A stretch of DNA of 64,000 bases, taken from positions 67,167 through 131,166 of IMG/VR virus record IMGVR_UViG_3300032007_000037; one strand, written 5' to 3'. The translations under genes were made by a program, and so were the position numbers. Shown here in pieces: positions 1 through 9,880 of the stretch. Origin of the DNA: a virus (Duplodnaviria > Caudoviricetes). The notes under the pieces were generated by a model. The model worked only from the letters and a program-made list of their open reading frames with translations, made no database searches and had not been told where the DNA came from. How positions within the stretch are numbered: position 1 is the stretch's first letter; each line of letters begins with the position of its first letter.

Positions 1-1
1 C

Positions 2-100
2 GTGTTTGTGGTATTGCAATGTTTTGGTATTATCCGTTTCTCCAGAGAACAGATATCCTTTCCAAAAGTGTTAATACCGTTTTATTACTTTTTCAAATAA
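2..100 (+). CDS. 3' end of small hydrophobic (membrane) protein, partial
   Basis: Frame 2 is open from the window edge to TAA at 98-100 and reads VFVVLQCFGIIRFSREQISFPKVLIPFYYFFK. It lies directly upstream of the SPFH gene. Confidence 0.55.
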   Translation: MFVVLQCFGIIRFSREQISFPKVLIPFYYFFK

Positions 101-118
101 TATTTAAATTAAAAAGAA

Positions 119-1336
119 ATGAAAGAAATTAAAGTTACAAAGACTGCCATTATTGGCATTTTCTCAGCTATTATCATTGTTGCAATGTTGTTCTTGTTCC
201 AAGGACTATTTGAGGATTGTGATAAATCCAAAATCTATGTTAATCAGTTCCCATTATCAGGTAAATATGCAGTATGGACTGACGGAGGTCTCCAAAAGCA
301 GTTTTGGGGTAATCTGAATGAGTACAACAAGACCTCACAGGTAGAGTTCACAGGCGTAGAAAAGAATGAAGATGGTTATATTGCTACTGGAGATAATCCT
401 GGTGCAGCTGTTACCTTTAATGATAGAGGTAAAGGTTTCTTGATAGGCTCTTTAAGAGTAGTATTGCCTATAGACTTTGAACACATGGCTAAAATTCAGC
501 AGGATTTCGGTTCTGAAGCAGCTCTTATATCAACCTTGATTAGGCCTACTCTATATAAAGTTGTTACCTCTTGTGGTCCTCTTATGTCATCTTTGGAGTC
601 TGTAAGTGAAACCAGAACTGACTTGATTCAGTATATAACAGATCAATTAAATAATGGAGTATATAAGACAAAGACTCAAAAGGTTACTATTGTCAATGAG
701 CTTACTGGAGACAGTGATATTGTAGCTAAAGCCGAGTTGATTATGGATAATGCAGCACCTGGCGGCTATAAGAGACAGGAGGTTTCTCCCTTCTCCCAGT
801 ATGGTATTACCTGTAATCTTGTTTCAATTACTGATATCAAGTATGATAAGGTTACTCAAGACCAAATTGATGCTCAGAAAGCAGCTAACTTGGCTGTTGT
901 AACTGCCAAGACCAAATCTTTGGAAGCTATTCAGAAGACTATTTTGGTAACAGAACAAGGTAAACAGGCAGCTGAGACAGCTAAGTGGGAACAAGAGAAG
1001 GAAAAGGCTAAGGCTGTAACTAAAGCAGAACAAGAGAAAGAAGTATCAAGGCTTGCAGCAGAAAAGGCTAAGTATGAAAAAGAGAGAATTGTTGCAGAAG
1101 GTGAGGCTCAAGCAGCAGCCAACAGAGCTAAAGTTGCAGCAGGATTAACTCCTCAGGAACGGGCAGAGTGGGATTATAAGACTACTGTAGGTGTTGCAGA
1201 GGCTTTAGCTAATTCTAACGTTCGTTGGGTTCCTGAAGTTATTATGACTAATGGTGGAGGCAGTGGCAGTGCTATGGATGCAGTTGGTCTTAACATGATG
1301 TTGGAAGTTGTTAAGAAAATGAATGACAAGAAGTAA
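119..1336 (+). CDS. SPFH/Band-7 (flotillin/prohibitin-like) membrane protein
   Basis: N-terminal transmembrane helix, SPFH-like core (LIRPTL, YGITCNLVSITDIKY) and a long Ala/Glu/Lys coiled coil with the AEGEAQA..NR motif. Confidence 0.8.
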   Translation: MKEIKVTKTAIIGIFSAIIIVAMLFLFQGLFEDCDKSKIYVNQFPLSGKYAVWTDGGLQKQFWGNLNEYNKTSQVEFTGVEKNEDGYIATGDNPGAAVTFNDRGKGFLIGSLRVVLPIDFEHMAKIQQDFGSEAALISTLIRPTLYKVVTSCGPLMSSLESVSETRTDLIQYITDQLNNGVYKTKTQKVTIVNELTGDSDIVAKAELIMDNAAPGGYKRQEVSPFSQYGITCNLVSITDIKYDKVTQDQIDAQKAANLAVVTAKTKSLEAIQKTILVTEQGKQAAETAKWEQEKEKAKAVTKAEQEKEVSRLAAEKAKYEKERIVAEGEAQAAANRAKVAAGLTPQERAEWDYKTTVGVAEALANSNVRWVPEVIMTNGGGSGSAMDAVGLNMMLEVVKKMNDKK

Positions 1337-1338
1337 GC

Positions 1339-1578
1339 ATGAAACTAACCATTGATACAGAGGTTCTCTCCAAGGAAAATTTAATCCTTGGAGAGTTCCT
1401 CTTAATGCTAATGGGCTATTATGAAATAGATTATGTTCAAACATTCAGTGGGCTTGTAGATAGAAATATAGTGCAAAAGAATCTTATCAAGCCTACATCT
1501 ATTACACTGCCCAATAAAACTAAAAATCTGATTACAGCAATTCTTACTGAATCTGAAAAAAATGAAAATAATAATTGA
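1339..1578 (+). CDS. hypothetical protein; truncated paralogue of the N-terminal domain of the next gene
   Basis: MKLTIDTEVLSKENLILGEFLLML aligns with MKIIIDDKVCTKHKMTLNEVLLAL of 1562..2176. Confidence 0.65.
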   Translation: MKLTIDTEVLSKENLILGEFLLMLMGYYEIDYVQTFSGLVDRNIVQKNLIKPTSITLPNKTKNLITAILTESEKNENNN

Positions 1579-2176
1579 TGATAAAGTATGTACCAAGCAT
1601 AAAATGACATTAAATGAAGTACTATTGGCATTGTTATATAGAAATTGCAACGATGTTGTTAAGATCTATAATAATATGCTAAATAGACAAATTCTTACGA
1701 ACAAGAATGGTAATGTCTATGTTACTCAAAGATGGTCAGAAGTGCTTGATGTTATACTTGCAGACTCTGGTACAAGTCAAGACGAGGAAAGACTAAAGAA
1801 TCTTGCTGCTAAAATGAGGGAATCCTATCCTGAAGGCAGAATGATTGACAGATATACTGGCAAACCCACACCTTATTATTTCAGGTGTAATCCTTCTGAA
1901 ATTCAGAATAAACTCAAAACATTCTTTAACAGATATGGTAATAAATCTGATGAGGAGATATTAGATGCTGAAAGAAGGTATGTGGAAAGCTTTAATGGCA
2001 ATTTCCAACAAGCAGGATTCAGACTACTTAAATATTTTATCTGGAAAGATAATCCCAAACAAGGCCCAGATGGGAACTATGTTGAATCTATCTCTCCTCT
2101 TCTTGACTTTTTAGCAAATAAAGAAGATGAAGGGGTGAAAATAAACAGTGATGACTGGCAAAATAGGATGATATAA
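1562..2176 (+). CDS. putative replication initiation / helicase-associated protein
   Basis: Its stop overlaps the helicase start (TAATG). Probable N-terminal winged helix. Function inferred from position. Confidence 0.45.
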   Translation: MKIIIDDKVCTKHKMTLNEVLLALLYRNCNDVVKIYNNMLNRQILTNKNGNVYVTQRWSEVLDVILADSGTSQDEERLKNLAAKMRESYPEGRMIDRYTGKPTPYYFRCNPSEIQNKLKTFFNRYGNKSDEEILDAERRYVESFNGNFQQAGFRLLKYFIWKDNPKQGPDGNYVESISPLLDFLANKEDEGVKINSDDWQNRMI

Positions 2177-3309
2177 TGAGTAAGTTTCAGGAAGTCCAAG
2201 AGGATAATAAACTTAGGAAGAAAAGAATTGAAGAGGGTAAGTATAATTGTCTGCCCTTTCCATTTCCAAGATTTAGAAAAATATTTCCGGGCTTTGAAAG
2301 AGGAAGCTACGTGATAATCACAGCGAATCAAAAGGTGGGAAAATCAAAATTAGCAGATTTTCTGTTCATTTATGAACCCCTGTTTTACATGATGGAACAT
2401 CCTGAGTTAAAAGTAAAGGTTATATATTTCTCTATTGAGATGTCCGCAAAAGAAAAATATAATGAGTTTTTGTGCCACCTTTTATACAGATTGGATGGTA
2501 TTCATATAGACACTAGAACTCTTCGTAGTGTAGATAAACCATGCGATCAAAAAATCCTAGACTTACTTGAAACGGAAAGGTATCAAAAGTACATTAAAGT
2601 TTATGAGGATATGGTTATTTTCAACGATACTGACAAAAACCCAACTGGTATTAGGAAATTCTATAGAGATTATGCTCTTAAACATGGCCATTATAATTAT
2701 ACTACTATTAAAGATACCAACGAAATAACAGGAGAACTTGAGGATAGGCAAATAATAGATCCTATTAAACCATACACTCAAGATGACGAAGAAGAATATA
2801 GAATTATCCTTCTTGATAATGCGGCCAATATAACTACTGAAAAGGGTTATGAGACTCAAAGGGCAGCTATTGAGAAAGTGTCCAAGGATGGTATTGTGGC
2901 AAAGAAACAATTAACCTATATATTTGTTCTTATACAGCATCAAAGCCAGGCCCAAGAAGGTTTTGAAGCACAAAAGATGGATTTAATGATTCCTTCGGCA
3001 TCAGGTCTTGGTGACAATAAAACAGTGATCAGAGATTGTACTGTCGCTATAGGTTTATTTAATCCAGCCAAGTTCGATAAGAAAGAATTTAAGGATTATA
3101 ATATTACACGTTTAAGGAACTATGGAAGATTCTTAAATATCATTGATGACAGGACTTATGGGGCAGCAGGAAATATTTGCCCTCTCTTCTTTGATGGGGC
3201 TACCAGTACCTTTAGAGAATTGCCACAAACAACTGATAAAGAAGAACTTGAAAAATATTATCAGTATGCAGAATATCTTGATATCCAACATTTCTCTCCT
3301 GAAAATTGA
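2176..3309 (+). CDS. DnaB-like (SF4) replicative helicase, ATPase domain only
   Basis: Walker A ITANQKVGKS, YFSIEMS motif, Walker B IILLDN, LIQHQ and SGLGDNK motifs. Confidence 0.85.
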   Translation: MSKFQEVQEDNKLRKKRIEEGKYNCLPFPFPRFRKIFPGFERGSYVIITANQKVGKSKLADFLFIYEPLFYMMEHPELKVKVIYFSIEMSAKEKYNEFLCHLLYRLDGIHIDTRTLRSVDKPCDQKILDLLETERYQKYIKVYEDMVIFNDTDKNPTGIRKFYRDYALKHGHYNYTTIKDTNEITGELEDRQIIDPIKPYTQDDEEEYRIILLDNAANITTEKGYETQRAAIEKVSKDGIVAKKQLTYIFVLIQHQSQAQEGFEAQKMDLMIPSASGLGDNKTVIRDCTVAIGLFNPAKFDKKEFKDYNITRLRNYGRFLNIIDDRTYGAAGNICPLFFDGATSTFRELPQTTDKEELEKYYQYAEYLDIQHFSPEN

Positions 3310-3354
3310 ATTTATTCGTCCTAAGTAAGATTTTTCTAATTAAACAGAGTTATT

Positions 3355-3394
3355 TTTAGAATGTGTGTTATTTCTTATGAGATAAATACATTTG
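3355..3394 (+). promoter_or_regulatory. Bacteroidota-type promoter (TAnnTTTG) with upstream TTTAGA element
   Basis: TACATTTG at 3387-3394. TTTAGA at 3355 starts 36 nt before the TTTG. ATG at 3423. Confidence 0.65.
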
Positions 3395-3422
3395 CATTCG
3401 TGATTAAAATTGAGTAGAAGTA

Positions 3423-4250
3423 ATGAGTGAAATTGTATTGCCTACACAACGTAGGAAAGCAACAGACCATAATCCAAGTTTAATGGTAATATATGGCAAG
3501 CCCAAGTCTGGTAAAAGTAGTCTTATGGCTTCTTTGGATAACAATCTTATCATTGACTTGGAAAATGGTTATAGAGCACTTGATGTAATGTGTGTTCAAG
3601 CTAGAAGCGCAGAAGACATTTTTAATATCAAGAATGCTATTAAAGAAAAGAATGAGGAAAATGGTAACAAACCTTTTTATAGATTTATCACTATTGACAA
3701 TGCTACCAGATTGGAAGAAATGTCCGTAGTTTATGCAAACCACTTATATCAGAAGACCCAGATGGGAATGACATGGGGCTTTCTGAAGGATAATATTGGG
3801 AATTTATTGACAGATGCAGATGGCAATAAAATTCCAGATCCAAAAGCTGATGTAAGACAACTTCCAAAAGGAGGTGGTTGGTATTATATGAGACAGGCTC
3901 TTAAAGAAATGATTGGTATGTTCAGACCTCTCTGTGATACTCTCATTCTTGTATGTCATGTGAAGGATAAACAAATCCAGAAAAATGATGAAGAAACAAC
4001 TGAAATGGCAGTAGATTTAGCAGGTAAGGTTGGAGACATTATTTGTGGAGAAGCCGATGCTATTGGTTATGTATCACGTGATGAGAATAAAACTCTCCTT
4101 TCATTCAAAGGTGGGGATAATAGTATCAGAGGTTCCAGACCATTACATTTAAGAGAAAAAGTATTTGAGGTTGCTGAATCTGATGAACAAGGTAATCTCA
4201 AAGTAGACATGTCCAAGATTTTCCTTCCAGTAGGAAACACAGATAATTAA
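3423..4250 (+). CDS. AAA-family ATPase (Sak4/AAA_24-like recombination protein)
   Basis: Walker A YGKPKSGKS, IIDLENG, Walker B ITIDN, LVCHVKD and EADAIGY. Confidence 0.85.
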   Translation: MSEIVLPTQRRKATDHNPSLMVIYGKPKSGKSSLMASLDNNLIIDLENGYRALDVMCVQARSAEDIFNIKNAIKEKNEENGNKPFYRFITIDNATRLEEMSVVYANHLYQKTQMGMTWGFLKDNIGNLLTDADGNKIPDPKADVRQLPKGGGWYYMRQALKEMIGMFRPLCDTLILVCHVKDKQIQKNDEETTEMAVDLAGKVGDIICGEADAIGYVSRDENKTLLSFKGGDNSIRGSRPLHLREKVFEVAESDEQGNLKVDMSKIFLPVGNTDN

Positions 4251-4271
4251 CAGTTAAACAACATTAATCAA

Positions 4272-4748
4272 ATGGAGAAAAGAATTTCATTTTTTGAGTA
4301 CCAAAACGCAGTAAGTGTAGCAAGGATTATTGATCCTTATCTTCGCCAAAAAGAGGAGGCAGAAACTCAGAAAGCTAAACTTGAAGAGGAGCTTTCTAAA
4401 ATAACCGCCAAACTGGAGACAGTCCAAGAAGCAATTAATAAGAATCAAAAGGAGATTGATTCTTATGAAGAGGGCATTGTAAGAATTATAGGATTCCATG
4501 TTACTGACTTGGTAAAGAAGGTAATGGTTCCTACAGGTAAGACCACCCCTGCTGGTAAGCCTGCAATGACAGCAGAATTTGTGCCTACAGAGATTGTAAC
4601 ACATGATGAGGCAAACAAGCAGTATATCATTACAATACCTGAAGAGAGTGAGGTTCCTCCTACTACAGAGAATGCAGCAGGAAGTAACTTTGACGGAGAT
4701 AAGGAGAATCTTTTTGCCCACACAGAAGAGACAATGTTTAATAAATAA
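4272..4748 (+). CDS. hypothetical coiled-coil protein
   Basis: 158-aa ORF with a heptad Glu/Lys-rich segment, an acidic tail and an A-rich leader. Confidence 0.7.
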   Translation: MEKRISFFEYQNAVSVARIIDPYLRQKEEAETQKAKLEEELSKITAKLETVQEAINKNQKEIDSYEEGIVRIIGFHVTDLVKKVMVPTGKTTPAGKPAMTAEFVPTEIVTHDEANKQYIITIPEESEVPPTTENAAGSNFDGDKENLFAHTEETMFNK

Positions 4749-4768
4749 ACAATTACAAACAATTTACA

Positions 4769-5710
4769 ATGAAGAAAACAAGTAATCATTACAGTTTCCT
4801 TGTAGTAGGTAAAACTGAAGAATCAAAAGAAGCGTCTGAGGGATTTAAGAAGTATGTAGGTATAGGCGCTTCAAAAGTATTAGCCATCAATCCAACCAAA
4901 GCAGAACTGGAAAAGATTTATGGCCGTGAACTACAAAATGACCCTGAGTACACTGTAGAACGTGATGATGTTAAGGGTGTTGTAGTTGATATTATTGTAC
5001 AGACAGATCCTGAATTGTGCAATGGCGTAGACATGATTAACCATTTGAGATTTAACCTATTCCCATCTAAGGCATTTAACAAAGACCAAAGTAAGGTTAG
5101 AGTAGTTGATACCTTCGGTAATGCTCAGTGGATGAATACTGAGGATGCAAATGCCCATAAACCTTGTTTAACTGCAAATGGAGATCCTCAGAAGATTGAT
5201 AAGGACTATCGTATCTCTTTCATTGGAGAGGCTGATATTCTTGATTTCTTACGCAAGTTCTTATTTAACAAGGATTCATTCAATATGCCCAACGGTGTGT
5301 GGACTAAGAAAGAAGATGCAAATGATGTTATTATCGGCTTTGAAGACCCCAAAAAATTACTTGGTGGCAATGTATCAGAAGTAAAAGAACTGATTGCTTT
5401 GCAGCCTAATAATAAGATTAAGCTTCTTTATGGTGTCAAGCGTGTGGAAGATGCACAGACTGGTAAGGTGTCTTATCGACAGACTGTATGCTCAAGCTAT
5501 GATATGATGCTCCGCAATAATGCTACTGCATCGGCAGTTACACAATTGGAGAAAAACCTTGCATCAGCTAAATCAGCAGGCATGTACTCTAATATAGAAT
5601 ATGCTGTTCAGGAGCTTAAAGAATGGGATGTTCAGCCAACTACTATAACTCAGACTAATGCCGCAGCTGTCCAACCAGCAGCAGCTCCTAAGAAAGCTCC
5701 CTGGGATTAA
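4769..5710 (+). CDS. putative single-stranded DNA-binding protein
   Basis: Lies between the AAA ATPase and the primase. Low-complexity tail ends in PWD, as in many phage SSBs. Confidence 0.55.
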   Translation: MKKTSNHYSFLVVGKTEESKEASEGFKKYVGIGASKVLAINPTKAELEKIYGRELQNDPEYTVERDDVKGVVVDIIVQTDPELCNGVDMINHLRFNLFPSKAFNKDQSKVRVVDTFGNAQWMNTEDANAHKPCLTANGDPQKIDKDYRISFIGEADILDFLRKFLFNKDSFNMPNGVWTKKEDANDVIIGFEDPKKLLGGNVSEVKELIALQPNNKIKLLYGVKRVEDAQTGKVSYRQTVCSSYDMMLRNNATASAVTQLEKNLASAKSAGMYSNIEYAVQELKEWDVQPTTITQTNAAAVQPAAAPKKAPWD

Positions 5711-5715
5711 TATAA

Positions 5716-5752
5716 TGTAGACAGTCTATTTTTAGGCTGTCTATGCTTTTTC
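5716..5752 (+). terminator. intrinsic terminator
   Basis: Hairpin tgtagacagtcta/taggctgtctatg followed by a T-run. Confidence 0.75.
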
Positions 5753-5776
5753 TTAACCCTTTAAAGTAATAATCTT

Positions 5777-6853
5777 ATGATTGTAGGTAAAACTTCTTCC
5801 AGTATCTCCAAAACAGAAATCTTTACCAAGTATTCAGAAACAGAAGTCCTTTCCAAGGTATTTCCAGAAATAACAAGTATTCCATGTATAATTAAATCTC
5901 CTTTTAGAGAAGATGCCCACCCCTCTTTCAGTATCTTTATGGGAGATAATAAGCATCTTTACTATAAAGATTTTGGAGATAGTGATGAAAAAGGAAGTCT
6001 TCTGGACTTGCTTTGTAAGCTCTGGCATTGTACTTTTAACCAATGTCTTAATAAAATATGTGAAATAATGGTAAATGAAGAACAGTCTGATGTAATAGTC
6101 AGGCCTAAACAAATTAAGACATTGACTAGAAAGGAAGCAAGCGATCTTTCTAAATTGGAGATTAAGGAAAGACCCTGGAGAGACTATGATTATAGATACT
6201 GGAAAAGCTATGGTATAGAGCCTGATTGGTTACACTATACTGAAATAAGACCTATTACATTTAAGATTATTACTAAAGAGGGTAAAAAGTATATTTTCCC
6301 AGCAGACAGACTCGCTTATGCGTTTGTAGAATGGAAAGATGATATATTAAGCCTTAAAGTATATCAACCAATGAATACTGATGGCTTTAAATGGTGCTCT
6401 AAAATGAGTGATGGTGTAATATCCCTATGGACTAAAGTACCTGAATGCGGAGATAAAATAATAATTGCTTCTTCGGTAAAAGATGCACTTTGTATTAGCA
6501 GTGTTACACATATACCAGCAGTAGCACCACAGGGAGAGGGATACAACCTAAGCGAGACTGCATGTAAAGAGTTAAAGAGGAGATATAAAGAAGTATTTAT
6601 TTCATTTGATGGAGATAAGGCTGGAGTTAAAGATGCCGCTAAATTGTCTGAAAAAACTGGTTTTATAAACGTTCAATGTCCAATCTTAAATACACCTTCA
6701 GAAGATAATGAAGATGTTAAATGGCTTATCAGTCAAGGTCTGCAAAAAAAGAATGAAGCCAAAGATTGGTCAGATATATATCTTTATTTTGGGAAAGACA
6801 GGTTTGTCCACGAATTTAACAAAGCATTCTCCATTAAAGCAAACAACAACTAA
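5777..6853 (+). CDS. DnaG-like DNA primase
   Basis: Degenerate zinc-binding domain (SPFREDAHPSF..YKDFG), TOPRIM region IIASSVKDAL, FDGDKAG and KDWSD. Confidence 0.85.
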   Translation: MIVGKTSSSISKTEIFTKYSETEVLSKVFPEITSIPCIIKSPFREDAHPSFSIFMGDNKHLYYKDFGDSDEKGSLLDLLCKLWHCTFNQCLNKICEIMVNEEQSDVIVRPKQIKTLTRKEASDLSKLEIKERPWRDYDYRYWKSYGIEPDWLHYTEIRPITFKIITKEGKKYIFPADRLAYAFVEWKDDILSLKVYQPMNTDGFKWCSKMSDGVISLWTKVPECGDKIIIASSVKDALCISSVTHIPAVAPQGEGYNLSETACKELKRRYKEVFISFDGDKAGVKDAAKLSEKTGFINVQCPILNTPSEDNEDVKWLISQGLQKKNEAKDWSDIYLYFGKDRFVHEFNKAFSIKANNN

Positions 6854-6868
6854 AAATCATTAAATTTT

Positions 6869-7288
6869 ATGAGTGAAACAAAAAATCACTTGGGGCTTGA
6901 TAAGTTCCAAGTAACTGTTATTAAGAGTAACTATAATAGTATTAAGCCTTTCTTGAAGAAGATTGAAAAGGCACAAGCCAAGATAGATGCTGCCAAACAG
7001 AAGTATGAAGAAGCAATTGCTGATTCTCAGAAAGAAGTTGCCCAGTGTCAGGATCAGATTTCTCTAATGGATCAATATACCATAGGCATGACAACTAAGT
7101 CTTGTGGTGTTGGCTTAACCATTGAACAGACCATTAAGTACTTGGAGGATGCACCTGCATTTGAGGAGTATAAGAAGTCTATTGGTATAAGTGACATGTT
7201 TGCTAATACTGAAAATGTAGAAGAAAAAGTTTCAGGGGATGCTGCACCAGCAGCTGAAGAAAAAGAAGAGGAAAAAGAAAATGTATAA
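6869..7288 (+). CDS. hypothetical coiled-coil protein
   Basis: 139-aa ORF with an architecture resembling 4272..4748. Confidence 0.7.
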   Translation: MSETKNHLGLDKFQVTVIKSNYNSIKPFLKKIEKAQAKIDAAKQKYEEAIADSQKEVAQCQDQISLMDQYTIGMTTKSCGVGLTIEQTIKYLEDAPAFEEYKKSIGISDMFANTENVEEKVSGDAAPAAEEKEEEKENV

Positions 7289-7309
7289 TTAACTTAAAAC
7301 AATTACATT

Positions 7310-7576
7310 ATGGAAAGAAGTGAAGCTTATGCTTATATTCAAGCAAACAATCTAAAAGACGAAGTATTTGCCCGTTATGGTACAAATTACACCAGAACCA
7401 CCACTGATAAATTGGTTGCCTTTGTAGAGGAAAAGCAGAAAAAAGATTTGAAGAAGGACAGTGTAGCAGAACCAGACGCTCAAGAAGTTAACAGTGCTTA
7501 TGAGGCAGCTTGTCTGGCTTTCTTAGGTGTTCTAGAAGATGCTGGTTTATTAGATAATTTACTGGCTAAAGTTTAA
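7310..7576 (+). CDS. hypothetical protein
   Basis: 88-aa ORF with an A-rich leader, followed by a terminator. Confidence 0.7.
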   Translation: MERSEAYAYIQANNLKDEVFARYGTNYTRTTTDKLVAFVEEKQKKDLKKDSVAEPDAQEVNSAYEAACLAFLGVLEDAGLLDNLLAKV

Positions 7577-7583
7577 AATTATT

Positions 7584-7611
7584 GGAGAGGGACTTAAGTC
7601 TCTCTCCTTTT
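7584..7611 (+). terminator. intrinsic terminator
   Basis: Hairpin ggagagggac-ttaa-gtctctctcc followed by tttt. Confidence 0.75.
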
Positions 7612-7624
7612 AAATTCTATAAGA

Positions 7625-9880
7625 ATGATATATAATAGAGAAGAAGGCGAAGTTACTATATTAGGTGATGTCCAAAAATATAAGGTGAGTATTGATGAGA
7701 AGAATATTAATCATATTGTGACTATTCTATCATCTAATCTTTATTCCTACCCTATGATTTCATTCTTAAGGGAGACGGTATCTAATGCAGTAGATTCACA
7801 TATAGAAGCAAAGACAGAGGAGCCTATTGTAATTTATAGGACAAATAATGATATTTCTATCAGAGATTATGGCACTGGAATTTCACCAGAAAGGTTTCAA
7901 GAAATATATATAAATATAGGCTCTTCTACCAAAAGAACATCCAATAACTACATAGGAAATTTCGGTATAGGTCGCTTCTCGGCACTAAGTGTAGCTGATT
8001 TGGTTAATGTTACTTCATTCTATCATGGTAAGGCATATTACTATGTAATGAATAAAGACATTGACCAACTTCATATAGATTTATTGTATGAAAAAACTAC
8101 GACAGAACATGATGGAGTCGAAGTAAAAGTTCCTATTAAAACATGGAATACCAACACTCTTAGATGTCTTAGTTTTATTGATAATCTATATGTTGAAAGT
8201 GATCTTGAAGCCGATCAGTCCAGACTAGAAAGGTTTAACCAAAGAGAAATAATTTCTTATAAGAATTTTAAAATCATCAGCAAAACCTTTGATAACGAAT
8301 ATCAAGATACAGAAATACTATTTGGTAAAATACCTTATACTGTGAATTATAATTCTCTTTGGGAATATGATGATATGTGGCATGCCTCATGGGAAAGATG
8401 TTTTAAATACATATATCCTCAGTTAGAAATAGGTGACTTGGATATCACCCCGAATAGGGAAAGCCTTCTATATTCGGAAAGGACAAAGGAAACTCTTCGA
8501 AAGAAATATGATGAGTGTATAGATGAATTAACTGAGATGTGGACTGCTCAATGCAATACTGAATATACTGATTTGTGGCAGTATATTAGTGATGTTGTAA
8601 CACATTCAGGAAACACATTAATTATAAAAGGAAATTATGTACTTCCTATCAGTAACAATTTATCTTATAATGCCGTATATAAAAGTAGGCCCGAATGGAA
8701 TGATGTACCATCCAAAGATAAATTATCTATTTTAAATTGCATCTGGACTAAAGATATTGAAGTTTTGGGCAAATTTCAACATGGAGATTTATTCCAAGGT
8801 TATAGTGTACGTGGATCTTACCAAATTAGAAGACTCCATAATGAACATTGGTTTGATTGGGAAAATAAAATGGTGCTTGCATTGCCAAATAGAGCAGGCT
8901 TTACAAGTCAATACTTTAAAGGTTTTGTAACAGAGAAGTATAAAAAAGATTATATACTTTTACTAAAACAATTTCCAGAGACTCTTTCTCATAGACACAT
9001 TAAGTCTTTACTAAGGTCAACGTTTCTAATATCTGATTATAAGGATGCAAAGAGCAGAAGGTTTATGTTCCAGCTTGTCAGGGAAATGATTAATTATATC
9101 TCAGACAAGGTTGTTGTTACAAATGTTATGGACAGCAAGGAATATGCCCAATACAAGAAAGATAACACTATAAAGAGGGAGTTCAAGCATACAGAAAATA
9201 TTAGATTTTCTATTTATACATGTGAGCACGAAGATGCCTATAATATTTCCTTAAAGACTTCCGAAGTAATAGGGTATGTAAGAAAAGAACTTAGTTGTAA
9301 GAAACATAGAATTGTTTATACCGACATTGATAATCCCTTTATATCTGCATTTGTAGGATTAGGCTATCGCAACCTTGTTATTTTGGCTGTTTCAGCAGGT
9401 AAGGTAGACGCGTTAAAAGAAGACATGCCAGATTGGATAAGGCCTATAGAAGAGCTCTATTCTGAGGATAATAGGATTCTTCAGAAATATGCCGCAATTC
9501 AATATATTGTGAATAAACCTCATCTGTATATAGGAAGGATGCGATTTATGCCAAACCCGATTCAAGATGCTGTTAGGATATTGGAAGGATATAAAGATAA
9601 ATATTCTTTCTTGGGGCATGCTAGTTGGCAGCAAAAAGATGATGCAAAACAACTATTAAAAGTTGTTCCTGAGGAAAAATACGATAGAACAATAATGGCA
9701 TTGTATCATAACACTAAACGATACATGAATATAGCCTATCTTTTATATTCAACGAGCGAAGTTGGCTTAGAAACTTATTTCATATTAATGAAACAGAAAA
9801 GATTCCGAATCAACTTTAACTATTATGTAAAGATAAGAGAAAGAATTAACTATTTAACTAAATTGTATGAGAGTAATTAG
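7625..9880 (+). CDS. rIIA: rIIA-like protein (N-terminal GHKL/Hsp90-like ATPase)
   Basis: NLYS..RETVSNAVDSH, IRDYGTGIS, GSSTKR and IGNFGIGRFS motifs. Overlaps an rIIB-like gene. Confidence 0.85.
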   Translation: MIYNREEGEVTILGDVQKYKVSIDEKNINHIVTILSSNLYSYPMISFLRETVSNAVDSHIEAKTEEPIVIYRTNNDISIRDYGTGISPERFQEIYINIGSSTKRTSNNYIGNFGIGRFSALSVADLVNVTSFYHGKAYYYVMNKDIDQLHIDLLYEKTTTEHDGVEVKVPIKTWNTNTLRCLSFIDNLYVESDLEADQSRLERFNQREIISYKNFKIISKTFDNEYQDTEILFGKIPYTVNYNSLWEYDDMWHASWERCFKYIYPQLEIGDLDITPNRESLLYSERTKETLRKKYDECIDELTEMWTAQCNTEYTDLWQYISDVVTHSGNTLIIKGNYVLPISNNLSYNAVYKSRPEWNDVPSKDKLSILNCIWTKDIEVLGKFQHGDLFQGYSVRGSYQIRRLHNEHWFDWENKMVLALPNRAGFTSQYFKGFVTEKYKKDYILLLKQFPETLSHRHIKSLLRSTFLISDYKDAKSRRFMFQLVREMINYISDKVVVTNVMDSKEYAQYKKDNTIKREFKHTENIRFSIYTCEHEDAYNISLKTSEVIGYVRKELSCKKHRIVYTDIDNPFISAFVGLGYRNLVILAVSAGKVDALKEDMPDWIRPIEELYSEDNRILQKYAAIQYIVNKPHLYIGRMRFMPNPIQDAVRILEGYKDKYSFLGHASWQQKDDAKQLLKVVPEEKYDRTIMALYHNTKRYMNIAYLLYSTSEVGLETYFILMKQKRFRINFNYYVKIRERINYLTKLYESN

